45,644 nucleotides of DNA, from positions 1 through 45,644 of the forward strand of contig JBCCQQ010000051.1 of the NCBI GenBank assembly GCA_039024555.1, given 5' to 3'. Both the position numbers and the translations under genes were made by a program. Under the pieces are notes generated by a model. It saw only the letters and a program-made list of their open reading frames with translations, searched no databases and had not been told where the DNA came from. The DNA is from Cyanobacteria bacterium P01_D01_bin.156. GTDB lineage: Bacteria; Cyanobacteriota; Cyanobacteriia; Phormidesmidales; Phormidesmidaceae. Shown one piece after another: positions 29,492-39,114 of this stretch (position 1 is the first letter of the stretch; each line of letters opens with the position of its first letter).

Positions 29492-31249
29492 TTGCAGCCT
29501 GTCGATGTGACTACCCTAAACGCGATTTGCAATGAGTTAGCGACTCAATGGTTGCCTGCCCGTTGTGAACAAGTTGTACAGCGAGATCGCAATACTGTTT
29601 GCTTGGGATTGCGTACCGTTGAGCGTCGCGGCTGGTTAACGATTTCCTGGCATCCTCAAGCGGCCCGTATTCACATCGGAACCGCTCCTCCTAAAAGGCC
29701 TGACACGTTTACCTTTAGTCAGCAGCTCAAGCACCAGTTCAGTGGTCTGGCCCTGACTCGTATTGAATTTTTATCCCCGTGGGAACGAGCCATTGATTTA
29801 CAGTTTGCCCGCCGACCGGATGAAAGCCCCTTGTGGCATCTCTACGTGGAAATCATGGGCAAGTATAGTAATGTGTTGCTGACAAACGACCGCCAAGAGA
29901 TTGTCACGGCTGCCCGCCAAGTGAATGAAATGCAGTCTAGTGTACGTACCATTCGCACGGGGGGACAGTACAGACCACCACCGGCCATCATGGGCACATT
30001 GCCACGGTTAGATGAGCCATTGACCACTTGGCAAGAACGGATTGGCTTGGTTCCAGGAAAACTGAGCAAAATGATGGTTAAAAGCTACAGCGGTCTCAGT
30101 ACGGCTTTAGCAAAACAGTTGGTAAAAGCCGCCAAACTAGAGCCTAGTCAACCAACCGACAGTTTGACGGCTGAGGATTGGCAACAGCTATACGTTCAGT
30201 GGCAGCGTTGGCTGCAGTGTCTAGCCAACAAAGACTTTCATCCAGCACATACAGAAACGGGCTATACCGTTCTCGGTTGGACGTCAACATTGCCCACCGT
30301 CAATAGTACTCAAGCGTTAATTGATGGCTACTATACTGATCAGCTAAACCAACAATCATTCTCCCAGCTGCATCATCAACTGACTCAAAAACTCAAGGGG
30401 GTCACCGCTAAACTACGCCAAAAAGTGAGTAATTTTCGTCAGCGCCTTAGGGATTCTGACCAAGCAGATAGCCACCGTCAAAAAGCAGATCTTTTGATGG
30501 CTTATCTTCACAAGTGGCAGCCTGGTCTGTCATCTATTCGGTTGCCAGATTTCGAGTCAGGTGAGCAGGTGACCCTATCGCTTAACCCTGAGAAAAATGC
30601 TGTACAAAATGCTCAAGCCTTCTATAAGCGACACCAAAAACTCAAACGTACACGCGATGCAGTAATGCCGCTTTTACAAGCAGTGGAAACGGAACTGGCA
30701 TACTTTGAGCAGGTGGAAGCTGCCTTACTGCAAACTTCTCACTATGAGGGTGTTAGCGATCTATCAGCCTTAGAAGAAATTCGTGATGAACTGGTGCAAC
30801 AGGGGTATATGGAAGATCCCTACCAGCGCGTCAATAAAGGACGCTCAGAGCGACTGCCGGACTTTCATCGTTTTTGTACTCCCCGCGGTACAGATGTGTG
30901 GGTAGGACGGAACAACAACCAAAATGAAGCCTTATCCTTTAAGGCGGCCAATGACTACGATTTATGGTTTCATACCCAAGAGATTCCTGGTAGTCATGTG
31001 CTACTGAGGCTAGAACCAGGAGCGGAAGCCAATGATGAGGATTTGGCCTGGGCGGCAAATATTGCGGCTTGGTTTAGTCGTGCTCGTCAGTCGGAGCAAG
31101 TGCCAGTGGTCTATACCCAGCCTAAACATGTGTATAAGCCTAAAGGATCTCGTCCCGGCATGGTGATTTATAAGCATGAACAGGTCCTCTGGGGGCAGCC
31201 CCAAAAAGCAAAACAGTATTTAGAAGAGCAGGCGAGCCATTCGCTGTAG
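29492..31249 (+). CDS. rqcH: NFACT/RqcH (FbpA-like) ribosome quality-control protein
   Basis: EIMGKYSNVLL, NAQAFYKRHQKLKR, VGRNNNQNEAL, WFHTQEIPGSHV, VYKPKG; TTG start. Confidence 0.9.
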   Translation: MQPVDVTTLNAICNELATQWLPARCEQVVQRDRNTVCLGLRTVERRGWLTISWHPQAARIHIGTAPPKRPDTFTFSQQLKHQFSGLALTRIEFLSPWERAIDLQFARRPDESPLWHLYVEIMGKYSNVLLTNDRQEIVTAARQVNEMQSSVRTIRTGGQYRPPPAIMGTLPRLDEPLTTWQERIGLVPGKLSKMMVKSYSGLSTALAKQLVKAAKLEPSQPTDSLTAEDWQQLYVQWQRWLQCLANKDFHPAHTETGYTVLGWTSTLPTVNSTQALIDGYYTDQLNQQSFSQLHHQLTQKLKGVTAKLRQKVSNFRQRLRDSDQADSHRQKADLLMAYLHKWQPGLSSIRLPDFESGEQVTLSLNPEKNAVQNAQAFYKRHQKLKRTRDAVMPLLQAVETELAYFEQVEAALLQTSHYEGVSDLSALEEIRDELVQQGYMEDPYQRVNKGRSERLPDFHRFCTPRGTDVWVGRNNNQNEALSFKAANDYDLWFHTQEIPGSHVLLRLEPGAEANDEDLAWAANIAAWFSRARQSEQVPVVYTQPKHVYKPKGSRPGMVIYKHEQVLWGQPQKAKQYLEEQASHSL

Positions 31250-31325
31250 TTCGTTGGGGCTGTGCCCATGTCAATGGTAAATAGTTCCATTGGCCGTCGT
31301 TATTGAACTATCCATTGGTCACACC

Positions 31326-32351
31326 ATGTCCACTACCCCACTGTCTCAACGTCTGCATCCGCTCAGTGTGGCGCCGATGATGGATCGTACCGATCGGCAC
31401 TTTCGTTATTTCATGCGTCAAATTACGCGCAAAACCTTGCTGTACACTGAAATGGTGACAGCACAGGCGATTCTTCATGGCGATCGCAACAAGCTGTTAG
31501 GATTTGACCCGGCTGAAAAACCCCTATCTCTACAAATTGGAGGTGATGATCCTCAGCTTTTAGCTAAATGCGCCCGAATTGCTGAAGATATGGGCTATGA
31601 CGAAGTGAATTTGAATGTAGGCTGTCCCAGCAATCGGGTTCAAAACGGTAATTTCGGCGCGTGCTTGATGGGACAGCCGGAGCTGGTAGCTGACTGTGTC
31701 GCGGCGATGAATTCAGCAGTGAAGATTCCAGTGACGGTCAAGCACCGCATTGGGATTGATGAGTGCGATCGCTACGAAGACATGAGTAACTTTGTGACTA
31801 CAGTGGCAGCGTCAGGCAGCCATCGCTTTACAGTCCATGCCCGCAAAGCATGGCTGCAGGGGCTTAGTCCTAAAGATAATCGCACCATTCCACCCCTGCG
31901 GTACGACGATGTTTATCGCCTCAAGCAAGAAAATCCGCAGCTGTGGGTCGAAATCAATGGTGGTATTAAGACCCTGAAGCAAGCGCTAACTCATCTGCAT
32001 TCTGTAGATGCGGTCATGATTGGCCGGGCTGCCTACGATACACCCTATATCTTTGCCCAGGCTGATAACGACATCTATTCAGAGGACACTACCTTGACCC
32101 GTCATCAGGTAGTCGAGGCGATGTTGCCTTACATTGCTCGTTGGACGGAGCAAGGGACAAAACTCCATTCCATTACCCGTCATATGCTCCAGCTATTTCA
32201 TGGTCAGCCTGGTAGTCGTGCTTGGAAACGCTATTTGACTGATAACAGCTGTCGTTCTGGTGCAGGGATTGATGTTGTCAAAATAGCCTTGAGCCAAGTC
32301 TCAGAAGCGATGAGTAGAAATACTTATAATATGACTGCTTTGTCAAGGTAG
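31326..32351 (+). CDS. dusA: tRNA dihydrouridine synthase DusA
   Basis: SVAPMMDRTDRHFR, NLNVGCPSNRVQNGNFGA, VHARKAWLQGLSPKDNR, VMIGRAAY; ATG 31326. Confidence 0.95.
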   Translation: MSTTPLSQRLHPLSVAPMMDRTDRHFRYFMRQITRKTLLYTEMVTAQAILHGDRNKLLGFDPAEKPLSLQIGGDDPQLLAKCARIAEDMGYDEVNLNVGCPSNRVQNGNFGACLMGQPELVADCVAAMNSAVKIPVTVKHRIGIDECDRYEDMSNFVTTVAASGSHRFTVHARKAWLQGLSPKDNRTIPPLRYDDVYRLKQENPQLWVEINGGIKTLKQALTHLHSVDAVMIGRAAYDTPYIFAQADNDIYSEDTTLTRHQVVEAMLPYIARWTEQGTKLHSITRHMLQLFHGQPGSRAWKRYLTDNSCRSGAGIDVVKIALSQVSEAMSRNTYNMTALSR

Positions 32352-32471
32352 CTCGTGATGACATTTCAAAAAATAAATACCCTGGCTAATAAAATTTCGA
32401 CTGTTAATAAATATTAAAAATAGTTACAAATTAATACAGAATGGTGATCAATAAGTTGGTTCACCCTTTTG

Positions 32472-32744
32472 ATGTCACGAATAAAAATTACGGTATATGG
32501 CCGGGTTCAAGGTGTGGGCTTTCGTTATCACACGCGTAAAAAGGCTAAAGAATTAAATTTGACAGGCTATGTAACGAATAAACCAGACCATTCAGTAGAA
32601 ATTGTGGCTGATGGTCCAGCTGAGCAATTAGAAGCACTAGTCGCTTGGTCAAAGCTTGGACCTGAGCGAGCTGATGTCAAACGTATCGAAATAGAGGATT
32701 GTCTGCCAATTAATCGCTTTGATGAGTTTGTCATTGAATATTGA
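32472..32744 (+). CDS. acyP: Acylphosphatase
   Basis: VYGRVQGVGFR, GYVTNKPDHSVE, GP. Confidence 0.93.
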   Translation: MSRIKITVYGRVQGVGFRYHTRKKAKELNLTGYVTNKPDHSVEIVADGPAEQLEALVAWSKLGPERADVKRIEIEDCLPINRFDEFVIEY

Positions 32745-32753
32745 GCCCAGACC

Positions 32754-32796
32754 ATAAAAAGCAGCCCTTGATCTTTAACCAAGGGCTGCTTTTTAT
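32754..32796. terminator. Bidirectional Rho-independent terminator
   Basis: ATAAAAAGCAGCCCTTG-ATCTTTAAC-CAAGGGCTGCTTTTTAT between convergent genes. Confidence 0.9.
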
Positions 32797-32845
32797 ATTT
32801 AAAATCACGCTTAATGCCGGCTATGCCATATGTTCAGCCGTCACT

Positions 32846-33484
32846 CTAAAGCAGAGTAAATACAAGTGCTAAAGCAATACCTGCCATAAATGCCAGGATG
32901 AGTGTGTCACGAACAAGCGTACTACGAGAACCTCTGCGTACTCTGCCTTGGGTAGCTGCAGGATACGGCATAGCGGCTATGCCTGAATTGGGACCTCCCA
33001 TCGCGTAACCGTTGGTGACCTGTGGGGGAAATGCAGTAGCTGGCATCGCCATTGCAGGCGCCGAGACCGCAGCATGTTGGAGGATAACAGCCTGGGGTGC
33101 CATCTTAAGAGGCTCTACATTAGGAAACATAGAATCCTGAATGACCAGACTAACTTCATGATTGCTCCAGCCGTTTTCGCGTAGCACATCTGCAGCGGCA
33201 TCCGGGCCACGGTTCAAGAAGTCCAACTCTGATTGATTTGGTTCGGTATGGCCCGCATTCATGGAATCAGCAGGCGCACCAAAAACTTTTTGCAGCTCGT
33301 CTAATTCTTTAGACTGTTCCTGCATGGTTTCAAACTGCTCTTGGCTAATGGAAACATGCTTCAATACGACATTGATTTGCTCGCATGACCAGCCATCCCG
33401 GCACAAAGTGCGAGCCGCTCTAAAGTCGAGCTCCTGCTCCAATAATGTACTCTGCTGAAACGTACTCTGCTGAAGGTCTTTCAT
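32846..33484 (-). CDS. Hypothetical tail-anchored protein, paralog A
   Basis: Two A-x3-L-x3-GW-x4-[IV] units; C-terminal TM helix; similar to 33698-34270. Confidence 0.75.
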   Translation of the reverse strand: MKDLQQSTFQQSTLLEQELDFRAARTLCRDGWSCEQINVVLKHVSISQEQFETMQEQSKELDELQKVFGAPADSMNAGHTEPNQSELDFLNRGPDAAADVLRENGWSNHEVSLVIQDSMFPNVEPLKMAPQAVILQHAAVSAPAMAMPATAFPPQVTNGYAMGGPNSGIAAMPYPAATQGRVRRGSRSTLVRDTLILAFMAGIALALVFTLL

Positions 33485-33697
33485 ATGCGTTTCGATTTAC
33501 CAGGCACCTGGATTAAGAGTTTACCCATACGGTAATCTGCAGCATTAGCCAAACACAACCGTGATGAGCTAGCGAGGGAACGTTACTCAGATCCTAGTGC
33601 TCTAAGTGGTAACCCTGTAAATATTTAGTGCACTTCCCCTACATATAAGTGATAAGCCGTAGTTTTGCTATTTTTCAGAGCTAACCTCGAAAAAACT

Positions 33698-34270
33698 TCA
33701 CAGCATATGAAGGATTAGCAAAAAGCCGATAAAAGCGAACACTCCTACCCAGAACATGCTCAGCAGGGCCTTAAATGCCGCTGCCTTAGAATACCGTTGG
33801 GATCCCTTGGCTAGATGATAAGGATAGCGGTAGAACGAATAATGGCTCAGATCATAACCGTCTTCATCATGAGTTAACGCAAACCCTATATTTTCTAAGG
33901 GCGTAGCATTACGTTTAAGGACCTTGCGAATTTGACTGTTTGTCCAGCCGTAGTGAGTTAATACGGCAGTAGCTTCTTCCACCCCACGATTTCTGACGCG
34001 GATGCGAGGTAATTTACTCGTATCTATATTTCTATGACTGATCTCGGCGGTAGATGTACTAGATGGTGTACTCGGAGGACTAAACTTTTGTTGGAGTTGT
34101 TCAAAAGTTGTTGCTTGTTGCTGAATAATACGAAAGTTGCCTGGGCGAATAAAGCCACATTCTAAAACACCGTTGATTTCTTCGAGCATCCAGCCAGCCC
34201 TGCATAGGGAGTGGGCAGCTCGAAGATTCAGCTCTTCTCTAGATAAGCTGTGGTGATAAAACTCGTCCAT
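33698..34270 (-). CDS. Hypothetical tail-anchored protein, paralog B
   Basis: ELNLRAAHSLCRAGW and NRGVEEATAVLTHYGW; C-terminal TM helix. Confidence 0.75.
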   Translation of the reverse strand: MDEFYHHSLSREELNLRAAHSLCRAGWMLEEINGVLECGFIRPGNFRIIQQQATTFEQLQQKFSPPSTPSSTSTAEISHRNIDTSKLPRIRVRNRGVEEATAVLTHYGWTNSQIRKVLKRNATPLENIGFALTHDEDGYDLSHYSFYRYPYHLAKGSQRYSKAAAFKALLSMFWVGVFAFIGFLLILHML

Positions 34271-35031
34271 GGGAGTCTTCTGGGGCTTGAGACAACTAAC
34301 TGAATTGCTGATTACACGGGCTAGCCTGATGAGTCAGCAATTTCTTCAGAGAAGATGAAAAGCTGAAACTCCACAGACATCAATACAGTCGATCACTATA
34401 GAGAGTTATAAGTATTAGCAACTCTGTAATTACAAGATCCACGAAGTAAAGACTATCAGTCCTCAGCAGAAGTGTAGATGACCTTAAGAATTTATCTAGA
34501 GTGTTGATAAAAAACGTGTCGCTACTGCGCTTTGCTCAGGCAACTACACGCTAGATGTAGGAATTTAAACTTTTACTGAATATCTCATAGTTTTTATGCT
34601 GGTTCGTAACATGAACCGATTTCGATGGTGGCGCAATATTATCTCTTTATTGGGAGATTCTGTTTCTGAGAGCATTGATAGTGCGCATGAGAATCTTGTC
34701 TAGTGTTACCAATTAGGAGATGAATTGTGTTGTCTTGTGGTTTGTAGTATTTAGGTGATCTGCAACGTGTTTTTTAATAGATAACTCATCTCTCTATGGT
34801 GAAAAGAGATAGACTCTAATGTCGTTGACTCTCGGTTAAAGACATTCAAATAAAGATATTGATGTATCCGGCTGATCGGCTCTGGTCCCACGTTATCGGT
34901 GCCTAAAAGATGAACTCCCAATCTCAGTGTGTTCATCTTTGCTCGGGTTTGATTATGGACAGTTCAGGTTACGTCTCTTAAGATCTTAGAGATAAGCATC
35001 ATGGGCATTTGCCGTTTAGATAGTAAACACC

Positions 35032-36345
35032 ATGACAGATGTTAGGTCTCCGGAGCAGTCTGGCAAGATGTTACGGGTGACAGTTGACCCGGTGGTCAAA
35101 TCGAATCGAGCCTTGCGCGTGTTGGCAATGTGGTTGATGGGGGTTACGGCCTTATCTGCTGCGATCGCGATATATCTGCGCTATCGGGGTTCCCAGGATG
35201 ATGCTGTAGTCGTGCCCTTTCATACGGTAGAACGCGCAGGGGTTGAGCTTACAGTCACCGCCAGTGGAACGTTGGCTTTGGGGGGGCAGCAAACCTTGAA
35301 GTCTCCACAGAGTGAGGCGACGGTTGAGCAGGTGTTAGTGCGGGTACGCACTCCTGTAGAGGCGGGGCAGCCTCTGGTGGTATTACGCGATCGCGACAAA
35401 GAGCGGGACCTGAGATCGCAGCAAGTAACTCTTCAAAAAAACCAGCTTGACCTAGCCCGCCGTCAGGAAAAAGTCATCGAAGTGCAACAGCGAGTTGCGG
35501 CCGCTGTCGAGCAGTACCAAGAGTCTCAGGAACTTTGGGCACAAGGGTTTATTCCCGAAGATGACGTACGTAACGATTTAGCAGAATTAGACCGCATTCG
35601 TTCTGAGTTAAAAGATGCTCAGTTAGAAGTCACGAAGACTGAACTGGATCTTAGAACTAGTCAGGAGACCCTCGCAGCCCTGGAGCAGCAGCTCAACGAT
35701 CGGGTCGTGGTTTCGCCGATTGATGGTGTGGTGCTAGACGTAGACGTGGCGGGTGGTGAAGCCATTGCTACAGAGACAGCCCTACTCACCCTAGGGGACC
35801 CCCGTCAGGAAATTGTCAATCTCACACTCACAACACTGGATGCCGCTAAAGTCAGCATTAACCAACCAGCCAGAATTCGTGCCATCGGTCCCGATGCCCA
35901 AGAGTACATGGGACGAGTGGTGGCGCTGGCCCCGCAAGCACTAGCCACCGGAGATAGTGGTCGGGGAGCTTCTCCAGAGGGGCAGGCTCGTGTCAATGCC
36001 AATATTCAGTTGGATCAGCCGAGCCAGACATTAATCCCTGGCAGCTTTGTCAATGTGGAGATTATTACGGAACAACGACAAAATGTCACTGTAATTCCTC
36101 CGGAAGCTGTTCAACGAGATCAGGGAGCTACCTTTGTTTGGGTTCGTAATCAGCGAGGAAAAGCTGAGCAGCAGCCCATTGAGCTGGGGTTACAGGGCCT
36201 AGATATTTTTGAAGTGACGAGTGGGTTAGAGCTTGGTGATCAAATTGCTTTAGTTCCTCCTACCTTGGCCATTACGCCTGGTATGGTCCTGAATGATCCT
36301 GCAGAGCTAGCTCCCTCAACGTCATCTTTTGAAGCACAGCCATAG
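35032..36345 (+). CDS. MacA/HlyD-type periplasmic adaptor (membrane fusion protein)
   Basis: N-terminal TM; lipoyl half-motifs (VEAGQPLV, VSPIDGVV); coiled-coil hairpin; IPPEAV, LGLQG, SGLELGD. Confidence 0.9.
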   Translation: MTDVRSPEQSGKMLRVTVDPVVKSNRALRVLAMWLMGVTALSAAIAIYLRYRGSQDDAVVVPFHTVERAGVELTVTASGTLALGGQQTLKSPQSEATVEQVLVRVRTPVEAGQPLVVLRDRDKERDLRSQQVTLQKNQLDLARRQEKVIEVQQRVAAAVEQYQESQELWAQGFIPEDDVRNDLAELDRIRSELKDAQLEVTKTELDLRTSQETLAALEQQLNDRVVVSPIDGVVLDVDVAGGEAIATETALLTLGDPRQEIVNLTLTTLDAAKVSINQPARIRAIGPDAQEYMGRVVALAPQALATGDSGRGASPEGQARVNANIQLDQPSQTLIPGSFVNVEIITEQRQNVTVIPPEAVQRDQGATFVWVRNQRGKAEQQPIELGLQGLDIFEVTSGLELGDQIALVPPTLAITPGMVLNDPAELAPSTSSFEAQP

Positions 36346-36350
36346 ACATT

Positions 36351-37535
36351 ATGGGACTACCTTTTAACGATCTTCTGTTTATGACCTGGCGGTCCATTAC
36401 CAATCAGTGGTTACGCTCTGGTCTCACTACATTTGGGGTGTTTATGGGGGTAGGTGCCGTCAGTGCTACCCTAAATATTCAAACGATTACTCGAGAACAG
36501 ATTGATCTCAAGTTGGCTGAACGAGACCAGCCCTTTGTGAGCCCTTGGGTACGGATGAGGAACGGTCCTACACCCCCTCTAGACGAAACCATACAACGAT
36601 CTCTCAAAGAGTCAATTACAGAAATTCGCTCCATTAGTTCTATTGGCAATGTGTATAGCATTGACACTGCATTGTACGAAGCCCAAGAAGCCGAAATACG
36701 AGCACGCAGTGTTTCCCTCAATTATTTAGATACTACAGGACGACGGATGCTGAAAGGACGGTTTTTTAATCCAGCGGATGTGGACCAATATCGGCCTGTT
36801 GCCATCATTGATGAACAGTTGGCCGTCAGTCTGTTCGAAGAACAATCACCCTTAAATAAAGCTGTTTATGCCAATGGTAATCGGTTTGTTGTGATTGGTG
36901 TGACAGAGTCTAAATCAAATTCTGAATGGAGTGATGGGGGAGAGCTCTGGATGACCCAAACGTTTGCCCAGGTTCTGGCTGGTGAATATCAGTGGGATTC
37001 TATCCAAATCAGTGCTTATTCCCTGATGCAAGTGAATGATTTAAGCGAAGCTGTAGAAGAGTTTTTATTACAAAATTTTCCCCAGTCAGAAGTTTATGTG
37101 TGGAGTAATGCGGACGACTTGTTAGAAGATCTTGAAGTTCAACAGATTGCATCTGCTGCCCTCACTGCCGTTGGTTTAATTGCGCTGATTATTGGTGGCG
37201 TGGGCATTGCCAATATTACGGTTGCAGCTGTGTTAGAGCGTACTAAAGAGATTGGCATTCGCCGTGCTATCGGTGCTTCAAAGCTAGAAGTGATGAGTCA
37301 GTTCATTCTAGAAGCTGTGGTTTTGAGTCTGCTAGGGGGCGTGATTGCTGTTGGTACGGTTCATGGGCTAACTCGGTTAGCCACGACTGTGGTGGTGGAA
37401 GCACCCTACACATTTTCTCTTCGTAATGCTGCTCTTTCCATGGGCTCTGCCATCGCCGTAGGTGTGGGCTCCAGTGTTATTCCCGCTTTGCGGGCTACCC
37501 AGATTGACATTGTTAAAGCCCTGCGGAGTGACTGA
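36351..37535 (+). CDS. MacB/FtsX-family ABC transporter permease
   Basis: LRSGLTTFGVFMGV, GRFF, IGGVGIANI, ERTKEIGIRRAIGA, QFILEA, PALRA...ALR. Confidence 0.92.
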   Translation: MGLPFNDLLFMTWRSITNQWLRSGLTTFGVFMGVGAVSATLNIQTITREQIDLKLAERDQPFVSPWVRMRNGPTPPLDETIQRSLKESITEIRSISSIGNVYSIDTALYEAQEAEIRARSVSLNYLDTTGRRMLKGRFFNPADVDQYRPVAIIDEQLAVSLFEEQSPLNKAVYANGNRFVVIGVTESKSNSEWSDGGELWMTQTFAQVLAGEYQWDSIQISAYSLMQVNDLSEAVEEFLLQNFPQSEVYVWSNADDLLEDLEVQQIASAALTAVGLIALIIGGVGIANITVAAVLERTKEIGIRRAIGASKLEVMSQFILEAVVLSLLGGVIAVGTVHGLTRLATTVVVEAPYTFSLRNAALSMGSAIAVGVGSSVIPALRATQIDIVKALRSD

Positions 37536-37596
37536 TGCCCAAGCTGAGCGTTGATAGTGCTGTCTTTACTTTCACAGAATTAGGGGAGATCTTTGG

Positions 37597-39084
37597 ATGA
37601 GCCGTTGTTTGGTACTCATAGGCCTAGGGCATGGATTGATGCTGGCTATATCGCAGCCGTTATTTGCCCAATCTGGTCTGCCTGAGTTGCCCCCTGTGAA
37701 TCTGAGTGTGCCAGACGACAATGAGCCATCGACTACGTTGACTGAGCCCCTGGTGCTGACGGATGAGGATGTGGTGACGCTGCTGCTGCAGAACAATTTA
37801 GAACTAAGAAATGCGACTTTATCTAGAATTTCTCAGCGTCAGGAACTCAAAGAAGCGGAGAGTATTTTTACACCTGATTTTACTCCCACATTGAGTGTAG
37901 GCGTTGAAGATACTAGCAGCAGCTCATCAGAAGTGACGCGAGAGATTCAGCTGGGGGCAGAGCTCTTGACTCCTCTCGGTACTACTTTGGAGGTAACCCT
38001 TGATGCCCTGGATGACCAAGACTTGAATCTGACGGTCACACAACCCTTGTTGCGAGGAGCTGGTAGAGCGGTTAATAGGTCTCCTGTTGAGATTGCTCGT
38101 TTACAAGAAACCAATAATCAGTTCGAGTTACAACAGCAGGTGATCAACAACATTACCCAAGGGGTACAAACCTACCATGCGTTAATCCGGGCTGAGGCGA
38201 ATCTGCGTATTCAGCGATTATCGTTGGAAACTCAGCAACAGCAGCGACGTTCAACAGAAGCCTTGGTGAAAGCAGGGCGGTCCGCACGGTTTGAATTGGT
38301 AGAAATTGACGCTAACTTAGCGGCGACTGAGGCAAATGTCTTGGCAGCAGACAATGATCTAGAGCAGGCAAAGTCTGATCTGTTAGATCTACTGGATTTG
38401 TCAGAGCTGTTAGATATTACCGTAGCTAGTCAAACGCTGGATAACTTACGAGAGATTGCTCAAGATGCTGATGACCTCTTATTAGAGGAGTTGCTGGCAG
38501 TTGCCTATGAAAACCGTCCTGATTATCAACAGGCTCAGCTTAATCTGGAAATTGCGAAAGTTAATGGGGTTGTGGCGTCAGATAATCGCCGATGGACGTT
38601 GGATGTGCGGGCTAATGCCAGCACTGGTGACTTTTCCCGTGCCTCGACTGAACTTGTACTAACGCGCGTTTTGGATGATGAGTCTCTGGAAACGGTCTTT
38701 CAACAAAATCAGGTTGATCAACAGCAGTTGGAAAATGACTTAGAGCGTTTGCGGTCTGATATTCGGTTGGATGTTGCAGATCAGTTACGCAATGTAGACT
38801 CTGCTCGTAATCGCATTGAGGTGACTCGCTTAGCTCGTGAATTAGCGGAGCAGCAATTGGAGAATGCCCGAGCCCGAGCTCGTCGAGGGCGCACGCGTAA
38901 TATTTTTGAGGTTCTGGAGTTTCAAAATGATGTGGTAGAAGCTCAGAATAATGAGGTAGGTGCGGCCATTGATTTAGCGGATGCGATCGCATCCCTCAAC
39001 CAATCTTTAGGCACCACCCTCACCGTTTGGTCTGCCCAGGTAGAAGCGAGTCAGCTGTTAGCCATTCCATCCCCGGATCTGTAG
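37597..39084 (+). CDS. TolC family outer-membrane efflux protein
   Basis: LLQNNLEL, TQPLLRGAG, AYENRPD, two OEP-like repeats. Confidence 0.88.
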   Translation: MSRCLVLIGLGHGLMLAISQPLFAQSGLPELPPVNLSVPDDNEPSTTLTEPLVLTDEDVVTLLLQNNLELRNATLSRISQRQELKEAESIFTPDFTPTLSVGVEDTSSSSSEVTREIQLGAELLTPLGTTLEVTLDALDDQDLNLTVTQPLLRGAGRAVNRSPVEIARLQETNNQFELQQQVINNITQGVQTYHALIRAEANLRIQRLSLETQQQQRRSTEALVKAGRSARFELVEIDANLAATEANVLAADNDLEQAKSDLLDLLDLSELLDITVASQTLDNLREIAQDADDLLLEELLAVAYENRPDYQQAQLNLEIAKVNGVVASDNRRWTLDVRANASTGDFSRASTELVLTRVLDDESLETVFQQNQVDQQQLENDLERLRSDIRLDVADQLRNVDSARNRIEVTRLARELAEQQLENARARARRGRTRNIFEVLEFQNDVVEAQNNEVGAAIDLADAIASLNQSLGTTLTVWSAQVEASQLLAIPSPDL

Positions 39085-39114
39085 GGCGCGCTGCCCGATG
39101 GTTGCTCGGTAGAG

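Noticed and set aside
12004..32351. HI0933-family flavoprotein, dusA and rqcH as a translation-related cluster
   Set aside because: The flavoprotein is ~16 kb away; these are ordinary housekeeping genes with no evidence of a shared system
34751..34936. 61-aa ORF checked as a remnant of the missing ABC ATPase
   Set aside because: Wrong strand and no Walker A/B or signature motif
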